Assembly: GCA_023388605.1 (NCBI GenBank) | Contig: JAEWFX010000062.1 | Location: forward strand, 1 to 54,205 | Direction: 5' to 3' | Source of the DNA: Bacillota bacterium | Lineage (GTDB): Bacteria; Bacillota; Clostridia; Saccharofermentanales; DTU023 | DNA length: 54,205 bases | Shown: positions 44,541 through 53,476 of the stretch, one piece after another | Layout: each line of letters begins with the position of its first letter | How positions within the stretch are numbered: the stretch's first letter is position 1 | Position numbers and translations under genes: made by a program | Notes under the pieces: model-generated | Told to the model about the DNA's origin: nothing | Database searches by the model: none | Seen by the model: the letters and a program-made list of their open reading frames with translations, nothing else

Positions 44541-46427
44541 TTGAGTAGAATTTTAGATCGTATAGAAAATACTGCAGATCTGCGTAGGCTAGATGAAACT
44601 GAGCTCACGCAATTATGTCAAGAAATTCGTGAGGAGATCATCAACACTGTATCTCAGACGGGTGGACATCTAGGCTCAAACTTAGGTGTAGTAGAGTTAA
44701 CCATAGCGATACTGCTGGAGTTTGATTGTCCACTAGATCAAGTTGTATTCGATGTAGGACATCAATGTTATACCTGGAAACTTTTGACTGGCAGGAAGGA
44801 TAAATTTGCTAGCCTACGTCAAGCAGGTGGTCTTTCAGGCTTTCCTAAGACTACTGAGAGCGAGTTCGATTGCTTCAATACAGGACATTCTTCTACATCG
44901 ATCTCTGCAGCGATCGGTATGGCCAGAGCTAATCGTTTGCGAGGCATAGACCAAAAGGTCATCGCCATCATCGGCGATGGAGCTCTGACTGGAGGTATGT
45001 CTTTTGAAGCCTTAAATGATCTATCTCAACAACGTGAAAACGTCTTGATTATCATCAATGACAACCAGATGTCCATCGATCACAATGTGGGAGGTCTAGC
45101 TCGTCACCTAGATCAAATGCGTGCAACTCCTCGCTATAATGAAATGAAAACCAATTGGATTTTGCGTCTGCGCAAGCTGCCTGTTTTTGGTAAGATTTTT
45201 CTCAAGATAACACGAGGTATTAAACGTTGGCTGCGTCGTAATCTCTTCAAAGATCGTGGAATATTTGAAAAACTGGGACTAAAGTATTTTGGTCCTGTCA
45301 ACGGCCATAATCTCACTGAGTTGCGTAAGTATTTTCACAATATCAAAAGACTGAAGCGTCCTACAATATTACATTGCACAACCATCAAGGGATATGGTTA
45401 TCACTTCGCTGAGAACACACCCGAAAAATATCACGGTGTTTCGCCTTTTGAGATCGAAAAAGGTGTATGTAGCAACGGTGTTTGCAAACCTACTTACTCT
45501 GCTTTGATCGGTGATAATATGTGTAAATTAGCTGCAGAAGACAAAACTGTTGTCGCCATCACTGCTGCGATGATGCAGGGAACAGGTCTCACGAAATTTG
45601 CCAAACAATATCCAGATCGCTTTTTTGATGTCGGCATCGCTGAACAGCACGCTGTCACTTTGGCTGCTGGTATGGCCAGAGGCGGATTAAAACCTTTTGT
45701 CGCCATCTACAGTACCTTCGCTCAACGTGCAATGGATCAGATTATCCATGATGTATGTCTTCAGAATCTGCCGGTAACTTTTCTGATTGACCGTGCTGGA
45801 GCTGTCTCTGCTGATGGAGACACGCATCAAGGCTATTACGATATGGCATTTTTGTCATCTTTGCCACACATTAGTCTCTTTTCGCCAGTAACAGAGAAAG
45901 ATTTAGAGTGCATAATGAGTTATGCGAAGTCAGCTGATAAGCCGGTTGCTATCCGCTATCCGCGTTCTACAGTAGTAGAATGTGGTGATAAATTAGCTGA
46001 TTTAAACGCTGACAATTTATTGTCAGTGCGCAGAGTGGTTGAGAATGAGGGTAAACTTGTCGTGATCGCTATCGGTGTATTGGTAGAAAAGTGTTTGGAA
46101 GCATACGAGCAATTAACTGAGGAACAGAAGCAGAAGGTATCTATTCTCAACTTAGTTAATCTCACTTTGTCTGAAGATCAGATCAGAGAATTGCATTCAT
46201 TGATTTTAGCTGCTGATCAGACTTTGATCTTAGAAGACGGAGCCATCGATGGCGGCATCGGACAGCAGTTACAATACGCTCTGCGTGATCTTGATTGTAG
46301 TTGGGAGATTTTAGGTTTAACTGATCTAACTGCTGATCAGGCATCACGTGATCAATTATTGGAAGCCGCAGGTTTAAACACTGACAATATTCGAAAAAAA
46401 CTGGAAGGAGCGATTGCAGGTGCCTAG
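44541..46427 (+). CDS. dxs: 1-deoxy-D-xylulose-5-phosphate synthase
   Basis: GGHLGSNLGVVELT, ThDP motif GDGALTGGMSFEALN and GIAEQHAVT. TTG start after AAGGTG. Confidence 0.95.
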   Translation: MSRILDRIENTADLRRLDETELTQLCQEIREEIINTVSQTGGHLGSNLGVVELTIAILLEFDCPLDQVVFDVGHQCYTWKLLTGRKDKFASLRQAGGLSGFPKTTESEFDCFNTGHSSTSISAAIGMARANRLRGIDQKVIAIIGDGALTGGMSFEALNDLSQQRENVLIIINDNQMSIDHNVGGLARHLDQMRATPRYNEMKTNWILRLRKLPVFGKIFLKITRGIKRWLRRNLFKDRGIFEKLGLKYFGPVNGHNLTELRKYFHNIKRLKRPTILHCTTIKGYGYHFAENTPEKYHGVSPFEIEKGVCSNGVCKPTYSALIGDNMCKLAAEDKTVVAITAAMMQGTGLTKFAKQYPDRFFDVGIAEQHAVTLAAGMARGGLKPFVAIYSTFAQRAMDQIIHDVCLQNLPVTFLIDRAGAVSADGDTHQGYYDMAFLSSLPHISLFSPVTEKDLECIMSYAKSADKPVAIRYPRSTVVECGDKLADLNADNLLSVRRVVENEGKLVVIAIGVLVEKCLEAYEQLTEEQKQKVSILNLVNLTLSEDQIRELHSLILAADQTLILEDGAIDGGIGQQLQYALRDLDCSWEILGLTDLTADQASRDQLLEAAGLNTDNIRKKLEGAIAGA

Positions 46428-47313
46428 AAAGATCGGTATCTTCATCAACCCACAGCGTGATCCTGGGTTGCGGGTCACTGAGCAACTGCTCAAGGAAATA
46501 CAGAGGCAGGGAGTACAGGCCATCTTAGAGCGAGAACAAGTACTAGAATTCTCTGATTTCAATGAGCGTATTCAAGTTTTAGAGTGCTTGTTCAGCTATG
46601 GCTCCTTCAAAGAGTGTGAACTTTTGATCTGTCTTGGTGGCGATGGAACATTCTTATCAGCTGCCCACTACGCCAGTGCAGAAGATCTACCAGTTATCGG
46701 CATCAATTTAGGCAGTGTCGGCTTTTTGCCATCGGTTCAAATAGATGAGATCGATAGTATGGTAAGTCAATTAGTCAACGGCCAATATACCTGTGAAAAA
46801 CGCATGTTGCTATCAGTTACACACCTAGATGCAGATAAAAAGGAGAAGGGCAGATATAGAGCTCTGAATGATGCTGTGATTTCACGTGGAGGTTACTCAC
46901 GCATTCTGACTACAGATCTCTTGATAGATGGCAAGCACATCGAGCGCATACCAGCTGACGGACTGATTGTAGCTACTCCTACAGGATCCACAGCCTACAG
47001 TCTATCCAGTGGTGGACCCATAACACATCCTCAGTTAGAAGTATTGTTGATCACACCTATCAGTCCACACACACTGCACAATCGTTCTTATGTCACCTGT
47101 CCTAACTCTGTCGTGCAGCTCAACATACTCGAATATCCCTATCCGGTAGCCTTGACCATAGATGGACGCATTTCCCGCATAGTAGAGACAGGAGATTGTA
47201 TAATGATCACCAAAGATGAACACTATGCTACTTTTGTCCGTCTAGGTGAAGATAAATTTTTCAGCGAATTACCGAAGAAGATTCAATTGCGTGGTATACC
47301 TTATTCTGGCTAG
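46420..47313 (+). CDS. nadK: NAD kinase
   Basis: GGDGTFL and ATPTGSTAYSLSSGGP. The GTG at 46420 is better spaced from GGAAGGAG than the TTG at 46414. Confidence 0.9.
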   Translation: MPRKIGIFINPQRDPGLRVTEQLLKEIQRQGVQAILEREQVLEFSDFNERIQVLECLFSYGSFKECELLICLGGDGTFLSAAHYASAEDLPVIGINLGSVGFLPSVQIDEIDSMVSQLVNGQYTCEKRMLLSVTHLDADKKEKGRYRALNDAVISRGGYSRILTTDLLIDGKHIERIPADGLIVATPTGSTAYSLSSGGPITHPQLEVLLITPISPHTLHNRSYVTCPNSVVQLNILEYPYPVALTIDGRISRIVETGDCIMITKDEHYATFVRLGEDKFFSELPKKIQLRGIPYSG

Positions 47314-47315
47314 CT

Positions 47316-48941
47316 ATGTTAGAGAGATTAGAGATTAAAGACTTTGCTTTATTGCGTCAGGCAGATTTCAATCCTGGCAGGGGACTCATCGTAATCAGCG
47401 GTGAAACCGGTGCTGGTAAATCTTTGCTGCTCGATGCGATCGGATCATTGACTGGCAAGAGGGTCAATAAAGACGTTATCGCCAGTGACAGTGAACGTGC
47501 ACAGATAGAAGCTCTCTTCTTTGACGGTGAGAACGAATTGTTGATCTCCAGACAAATAAAGGCTGATGGCAGAAGCGTTGCTCATATCGATGGTCACCTG
47601 GTTACGATTGCCCAGCTCAAAGAAAAAACACAGAAAATACTCGGCATTCACGGACAACACGAACAGCAACAGATTTTTGATGCCAAGAAACACGGTCAGA
47701 TCCTAGATAATTATATCGGCGATAGCATACAAGCACTCCTAGTAGCCTGGCGTAGCACTCTAGCAGATAGAAGGCAGATTGCAAGTGAGATCAAGCGTCT
47801 GGGTATCAGCCCTAAGCAACGTGAACGTCGTCTTGATTGGTTGGAATATAGTATTCAAGAGATTGAGGAAGCAGAGCTTAATCCTGACAGCGAAACTAGT
47901 ATCCTTTCTCGTATCGAAGAATTATCGAATGCTGAAGAATATGCCAGTAATCTCATTGATTGTTGTAATTATCTGTACGCAGAAGACAATGACCCCATAG
48001 ATCAATTGTCTAGAGCTTATACACATCTACAGGATATAGCTGACAGCGATGTCGAAATAGCTGAGATTAGGAGTGAGTTCGCACAGATAATCGATAGATT
48101 ACGCGATATGAGATCCACACTTCATAATTGTGTTGAGCGTGTAGATTATCGACCACAAGAACTAGCAGAACTAAATGATAAATTAGATCAAATTGCAGAG
48201 CTTTGTCGTAAACATGGACCTAAGCTGAGCGATGTTATAGCAAACCTCGCGGCTTATCGAGCTGAGCGCGATGAGTTGGTAGCCAGTGAAGAGGTCTTGC
48301 AACAGAAGATAAAAGAACTGAAAAGATTGGATCGTGAGCTCTCGCAGATCTCAGATCAATTGCACAGTATGCGTATAGAATATGGCATCTCTTTATCAGA
48401 GAAAATCGAGAAGGCTGTATCAGAGTTAGGCATGTCAGCGGTACAATTCGCAGTCGACTGTAAGTTGCCCTCTGCTGATGAAAAGATTGTCAATTATGAT
48501 AATGGCAGAGATACTGTGGAGTTCTTGATATCTACCAATGTCGGCGAAGCCTTAAAGCCATTAGCTAAGATCGCTTCTGGTGGTGAAGCTTCTCGTCTGC
48601 TTTTGGCAATTAAATCGATTATAGCTGATGCAGAAGGACTAGATGTCTTGATCTTCGATGAGATAGATACTGGTATCAGTGGAGAAGCGGCAGTCAAAGT
48701 CGCTCGCATGTTAAAACTATTGTCTAAAGACCGTCAGGTGTTGTGCGTATCTCACATGGCTCAGGTTGCAGCCTTAGCTGACGAACACTGGTTGATACAC
48801 AAAGAGGTGGAAGACGGTAAGACGACCACACATCTACGCAAATTAAGCCGTGAAGAACGAACTGAAGAGGTGACTAGATTATTAGCAGTAGATGAAGCAG
48901 AAGCACGTAATTTGGCAGAAAGTTTGTTGAGAGAATGTTGA
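47316..48941 (+). CDS. recN: DNA repair protein RecN
   Basis: Walker A GETGAGKS, a long coiled-coil middle, signature ASGGEASRLLLAIK and Walker B LIFDEIDTG. Confidence 0.9.
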   Translation: MLERLEIKDFALLRQADFNPGRGLIVISGETGAGKSLLLDAIGSLTGKRVNKDVIASDSERAQIEALFFDGENELLISRQIKADGRSVAHIDGHLVTIAQLKEKTQKILGIHGQHEQQQIFDAKKHGQILDNYIGDSIQALLVAWRSTLADRRQIASEIKRLGISPKQRERRLDWLEYSIQEIEEAELNPDSETSILSRIEELSNAEEYASNLIDCCNYLYAEDNDPIDQLSRAYTHLQDIADSDVEIAEIRSEFAQIIDRLRDMRSTLHNCVERVDYRPQELAELNDKLDQIAELCRKHGPKLSDVIANLAAYRAERDELVASEEVLQQKIKELKRLDRELSQISDQLHSMRIEYGISLSEKIEKAVSELGMSAVQFAVDCKLPSADEKIVNYDNGRDTVEFLISTNVGEALKPLAKIASGGEASRLLLAIKSIIADAEGLDVLIFDEIDTGISGEAAVKVARMLKLLSKDRQVLCVSHMAQVAALADEHWLIHKEVEDGKTTTHLRKLSREERTEEVTRLLAVDEAEARNLAESLLREC

Positions 48942-49867
48942 TAAAGCTTTTAATTGAATCATTTAAATTTAGCAAATTACAATCAGAGCGTTTTTTTCGC
49001 TTGCTCTTTGTATTGTTGATAGCCTGGCAATTCGGTATAAATTATCTATTCGAAAATTATTTACCTGCAGATGTAATGTCATTTTCCACAGCTTTTGATA
49101 TCAAAAAAATCTATGCTTTAGGATTGATGATCTTATCTCTTATTATTAGCCTCTTTATTTCCATACTTTATTCTGGCGTTTTGATCAAAGAAATTCGTAT
49201 CAAAAATAAAGGTGTGGATGTATATAAAAATTTATCTACCAACGTCTTGATGATGCCATTGAGCGAACGCAGCAAAGAAGATCAAGAGTATCTACAAAAA
49301 TTATTTAAACTGATACAGATGACTCCAGAAGAACGCACAGAAGCTCGTATTCTCAGGAGTTTGCAAAATAAGCAAAGTGATGTAGAGGAGGATTGGTCAG
49401 CAACAAATAAAAGTGTGATTCTGAGTAAGAAATCGCAACGTAGTATCTTTTGCAGAACAGCTCTGCAATTGATCAAAAAATCATTGCTTATTATGTTGTT
49501 TTTCTTGACGATGTTCTTTGCTATGCTAGTTTCTGCACCGCTGTTATTTCTTATAGGTTTCGTATATATATTCACCTTCTGTTTTGTGCCTATCCTATTA
49601 GTTGCAGAAAATAAAAGTTTAAGAGAAGCATTTCGCTTGTCCAAACAATACACTGATGGCAATCGTCTAAAAATCTTTGTGATCACTATTTTTCAGACAT
49701 CGTTATTGTTGAACATCAATTACTTACTCGATATTTTATTTACCAATTTCTATGCAGTAGCTATTACTGCTGGTCTGCTAATGGCGATCGAGACTTTTGC
49801 TCGCGGAAGATTATTCGGACTTTTATACTTATTGTTAGCTGACAAAAAACCAATTATTCCAAATTAG
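48935..49867 (+). CDS. Hypothetical multipass membrane protein (possibly DUF975/YciC-like membrane domain)
   Basis: 310 aa. Two N-terminal TM helices, a ~90-aa charged loop, then 3-4 further TM helices. No catalytic motif is recognisable. It overlaps the recN stop by 7 nt. Confidence 0.5.
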   Translation: MLIKLLIESFKFSKLQSERFFRLLFVLLIAWQFGINYLFENYLPADVMSFSTAFDIKKIYALGLMILSLIISLFISILYSGVLIKEIRIKNKGVDVYKNLSTNVLMMPLSERSKEDQEYLQKLFKLIQMTPEERTEARILRSLQNKQSDVEEDWSATNKSVILSKKSQRSIFCRTALQLIKKSLLIMLFFLTMFFAMLVSAPLLFLIGFVYIFTFCFVPILLVAENKSLREAFRLSKQYTDGNRLKIFVITIFQTSLLLNINYLLDILFTNFYAVAITAGLLMAIETFARGRLFGLLYLLLADKKPIIPN

Positions 49868-49874
49868 GGTACAT

Positions 49875-50975
49875 ATGTTTGAATTTGATGAACTTAGACA
49901 GAGAGTAGATAGTTACCAAGAACCATTGGAGGAATTAAATAAGTCCTTACACCTCGAGCAGGCAAAAGAACGAATTTCTGAACTCGAGGCTATATCCGCT
50001 GAACCAGATTTTTGGACTGATGCCGAAAAAGCGACGCGCCTTCAACAAGAATTAAAAGGTTTACAGGACAAAATTACCGAATTCAAAGCGTTGACAGATC
50101 TAGTTGATGATCTAAAAGTGATAATCGAGTTGGGGGATGAAGCAGAAGATACCAGTGTTATCTCAGATATAGAGAGTGATCTCACTAAGTTGGAGACATT
50201 GTACGAAAATCTCCGTCTCAAAACTCTGTTTGTGGGTGAGCATGACAAAGCCGATGCCATCATCACTCTGCATGCTGGTGCCGGTGGCACCGAAGCGCAG
50301 GATTGGGTCAGCATGCTCTTTCGTATGTACCAGCGCTTTGCTGAAGCTCATGACTTTAAGTGCACAGTACTCGATTATCTTGACGGTGACGAAGCAGGCA
50401 TCAAAAATGTATCGCTAAAAGTAGAAGGTGAAAATGCTTACGGATATCTCCGTTCTGAGCATGGAGTTCATAGGCTTGTGCGTATTTCTCCTTTTGATGC
50501 TTCTGGTCGACGACACACATCTTTTGCTTCAGCAGAAGTTATGCCTGTGATCGATCATGAAATTGAGATCACCATCAATCCTGATGATTTGCGTATCGAT
50601 TACTATCGTGCTTCCGGTGCGGGCGGTCAGCACGTCAACAAGACTTCCTCGGCTGTGCGTATCACTCATATCCCTACTGGTGTAGTTTGTGCCTGCCAGA
50701 ATGAGCGTTCACAGAGCATGAATCGCGAAACAGCGATGAGCATGTTGAAAGCTAAACTGTATACCTTGGCTCAACAAGCTCATATGGAAAAGATAGAAGA
50801 TCTCAAAGGTGAGCAATTAGAGATAGGTTGGGGCAGTCAGATCCGCTCTTATGTTTTCTGTCCATATACGAAGGTGAAAGATCATCGTTCAGAGTATGAG
50901 ACATCAGATGTCAGCTCGGTTATGGATGGAGATTTAGATCCCTTTATCACCGCTTATTTATCGATGTCTGATTGA
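49875..50975 (+). CDS. prfB: Peptide chain release factor 2, encoded in a single frame
   Basis: SPF tripeptide (RISPFDASGRRHTSF) and GGQ (SGAGGQHVNKT). The full N-terminus lies in the same frame. Confidence 0.95.
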   Translation: MFEFDELRQRVDSYQEPLEELNKSLHLEQAKERISELEAISAEPDFWTDAEKATRLQQELKGLQDKITEFKALTDLVDDLKVIIELGDEAEDTSVISDIESDLTKLETLYENLRLKTLFVGEHDKADAIITLHAGAGGTEAQDWVSMLFRMYQRFAEAHDFKCTVLDYLDGDEAGIKNVSLKVEGENAYGYLRSEHGVHRLVRISPFDASGRRHTSFASAEVMPVIDHEIEITINPDDLRIDYYRASGAGGQHVNKTSSAVRITHIPTGVVCACQNERSQSMNRETAMSMLKAKLYTLAQQAHMEKIEDLKGEQLEIGWGSQIRSYVFCPYTKVKDHRSEYETSDVSSVMDGDLDPFITAYLSMSD

Positions 50976-50982
50976 GGTCACC

Positions 50983-52176
50983 ATGAAGTATACGATCTAT
51001 GGCGGTTCATTTGATCCTTTTCATCTCGGTCATCTACGACTGATTCAAGCAGTGCTGGAGCAGAAATTGACTAAACGGCTCATCGTTATGCCCCTCGGTT
51101 TGGCTCCACACAAAAAGCACGTTCAGTCGATGGCCACATATCGTCTCGAAATGGTCAAGCGAGCTGTTAAAAATCTCAAGAATGTCACGGTAAGTGATTA
51201 CGAGATTAAGCGTCCAGGTAAATATTCATACACTGTCGATACTGTAGAACATTTTCGCGATCTCGCAGGAAAAAGTTCAGCTAAAGTTGAACTTATCTAT
51301 GGTTCAGATGCCCTGTTTTCCATCGAAGATTGGCACCGACCGGCTGAGATTATGGCGAATGCTAAACTTATGATCGCTGTACGTGGTCATGAAAATCGCG
51401 AGGTTTTGGAGAGTCAAAAAGATTATCTAGTAGAGAAATATGGTGCGAAAATCAAGCTGTTCACCATGGAGCCGACCGATATCAGCAGTACGGATCTGCG
51501 GGCAGACCTGCAATCTGGTAAAGACATAAGCAAGTATGTACCTGCCGAAGTCAATAAATTCCTACAAGCTAATCAGCCCTATGCTTATCTAGATGATCTA
51601 GGGAAATTAGCTCTTGAGCAACGTATCAGTCTTGCACGCTTAGAGCAGAAGATAACGCCTTTACTTAGTACTTATCGACTTTTACACACGCTCAATGTCA
51701 TGCATCTAGCTATCCATTTAGCGAGTAAACATAATTATGATTTAATGAAGGCTGCGCTGGCGGGGCTTTTACACGATTGTACTAAAGATATGCCTCTGAA
51801 AGATCAGTTCAAGTACGCCAAGAAGGCTGGCGCTCCTCAAGTGATGAACAAAAATATTGCTCATGGTCCAGCTGGATCCTACTATGCCAAACGTTTTCTG
51901 GGCATTACAGATCCTGAGATTTTAACAGCTATCTACTATCACACCACCAGCCGTGTGTTGATGAGTACTTTAGATCAGATTATATATCTGGCCGATAAAT
52001 GTGAATTGGGACGTCCCTATAAAAATCTAGATAAATTACGTGATTTAGCTGATCGCGATCTCACAGCAGCCATGAAGCTATGTTTTGCAGAAGTGCAACA
52101 AGCTTTTCAGCAGAAAGGTAAAAAATTACATCCTTTGACTGTAGCTGCAATTAAGTCACTAAATAACTTACAATGA
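50983..52176 (+). CDS. nadD: Fusion of nicotinate-nucleotide adenylyltransferase (NadD) and a YqeK-type HD-domain hydrolase
   Basis: The N-terminal half has GGSFDPFHLGH and ISSTDLR. The C-terminal half has the HD-domain pattern HTLNVMHLAIHL...LLHDCTKD...YYHTT. Confidence 0.85.
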   Translation: MKYTIYGGSFDPFHLGHLRLIQAVLEQKLTKRLIVMPLGLAPHKKHVQSMATYRLEMVKRAVKNLKNVTVSDYEIKRPGKYSYTVDTVEHFRDLAGKSSAKVELIYGSDALFSIEDWHRPAEIMANAKLMIAVRGHENREVLESQKDYLVEKYGAKIKLFTMEPTDISSTDLRADLQSGKDISKYVPAEVNKFLQANQPYAYLDDLGKLALEQRISLARLEQKITPLLSTYRLLHTLNVMHLAIHLASKHNYDLMKAALAGLLHDCTKDMPLKDQFKYAKKAGAPQVMNKNIAHGPAGSYYAKRFLGITDPEILTAIYYHTTSRVLMSTLDQIIYLADKCELGRPYKNLDKLRDLADRDLTAAMKLCFAEVQQAFQQKGKKLHPLTVAAIKSLNNLQ

Positions 52177-52190
52177 ACAGAGAGGTGCTT

Positions 52191-52541
52191 ATGGAACATA
52201 GAGAATTGGTTGATATGATTCTGCAGATTTTAGAACAGAAAAAAGCTGATAGGATCGAAGAGATAAGTGTAACTCAGAAAACAACGCTGGCAGATACCTT
52301 CGTCGTATGTAGTGGTAGCTCAACTACACAAGTGCATAGTTTGGCTGATGAATTGCAGTATCAAATTGGACAAAAAGCTGGTATCAAGCCACAGCGTGTA
52401 GAAGGACAAGAATCTAATAAATGGTTATTGCTCGATTATGGAAGCGTCATAGTCCATATCTTCAATCAAGATGAACGTGACTTCTACGATTTAGACAATA
52501 TGTGGCACGATCTACAGATCCAAGAAGATATTGTTAAATAA
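52191..52541 (+). CDS. rsfS: Ribosome silencing factor RsfS
   Basis: ADTFVVCSGSSTTQVHSLADEL and WLLLDYGSVIVHIF. The ATG at 52191 follows AGAGGTG; the alternative start is 52173. Confidence 0.85.
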   Translation: MEHRELVDMILQILEQKKADRIEEISVTQKTTLADTFVVCSGSSTTQVHSLADELQYQIGQKAGIKPQRVEGQESNKWLLLDYGSVIVHIFNQDERDFYDLDNMWHDLQIQEDIVK

Positions 52542-52542
52542 A

Positions 52543-53475
52543 ATGTCGCTCAATATCAATTGGTTTCCCGGACATATGGCCAAAGCTCTCCGCCAACTTG
52601 AAGCGGAGAGTAAGAACTGTGATTATGTGATCGAAAATTGCGATGCTAGAATACCTAATTTCAGTCGCAATCCGCTGCTGTGTAAACTAGCTCCACATAA
52701 GCCGCATCTTTTAGTTTTGAGCAAAGAGGATCTGGCAGATCCCCGATATACTGATTACTGGAAGAAACGTTTAGCCTCTGAAAATCTGCATGTCTATGCC
52801 TGCAATACTCATGACCGACAATCTGTGGAAGGTCTCAAACGTCAAGTAATAGCTGACTGCAGTGAATTGATTGAACGTGCAAAAGCACGTGGTAGAAGAG
52901 TTCGCCCCATCAAGGTCATGGTCACAGGCATTCCCAATACAGGCAAATCAACTTTGATCAATGCTCTGACAGGACGATATTCATTAAAAACAGCTAATCG
53001 TCCCGGTGTTACTCGCGGACTCAGTCGTCTAAAAGCAGGGACTGACTTAGAGCTTCTGGACTCACCAGGCACTTTGCCACCTAAATTGGCCACTCTCCAT
53101 GAACAGATTGCTCTTGCTGCAACAGGTGCCATTCGCGATGATATTTTACCTCTTGAGAAGACGGCAGGACTGACACTCTTATGGTTGATGCAAATTTATC
53201 CAGAATTGCTTGAACAACGTTATTCCTTAGGTAGAAGATCCATACCTGCTGAAGAGTCTGCTGCACATGGTTTAGCTCAGGAATTACTTCTTGAATTAGC
53301 ATTGAATCGTCAATTGCTCCTAGCTGGTCAAAAGCCAGATCTCAGGCGAGCCGCTACGGTATTATTCACAGATCTGCGTTCTGCTAAGATCGGTCGAATA
53401 ACTTTAGAGCAGGAAAATCAGATATATCTACCTGGACAAGCCATCGATTTTGATGCCAAAAAGTTGGTGGAATAG
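52543..53475 (+). CDS. rbgA: Ribosome biogenesis GTPase A (YlqF/RbgA), circularly permuted GTPase
   Basis: INWFPGHMAKA, a G4-like LSKEDL placed before G1 GIPNTGKSTLIN, and DSPGTLPP. Confidence 0.85.
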   Translation: MSLNINWFPGHMAKALRQLEAESKNCDYVIENCDARIPNFSRNPLLCKLAPHKPHLLVLSKEDLADPRYTDYWKKRLASENLHVYACNTHDRQSVEGLKRQVIADCSELIERAKARGRRVRPIKVMVTGIPNTGKSTLINALTGRYSLKTANRPGVTRGLSRLKAGTDLELLDSPGTLPPKLATLHEQIALAATGAIRDDILPLEKTAGLTLLWLMQIYPELLEQRYSLGRRSIPAEESAAHGLAQELLLELALNRQLLLAGQKPDLRRAATVLFTDLRSAKIGRITLEQENQIYLPGQAIDFDAKKLVE

Positions 53476-53476
53476 C

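Noticed and set aside
49282-49686. A 134-aa minus-strand ORF inside the hypothetical membrane protein gene.
   Set aside because: AT-rich sequence produces long stop-free antisense frames. The plus-strand frame has coherent TM helices and translational coupling to recN, and the minus frame has neither.
49875-50975. I looked for the programmed +1 frameshift site (CUU UGA C after an internal SD) that is common in prfB.
   Set aside because: The whole RF2 is encoded in one uninterrupted frame. Around codon 25 the region reads LNKSLHLEQ with no in-frame UGA. Unframeshifted prfB is known in a minority of bacteria, so this is noted but not remarkable. The presence of RF2 and the many TGA stops also argue against UGA recoding.
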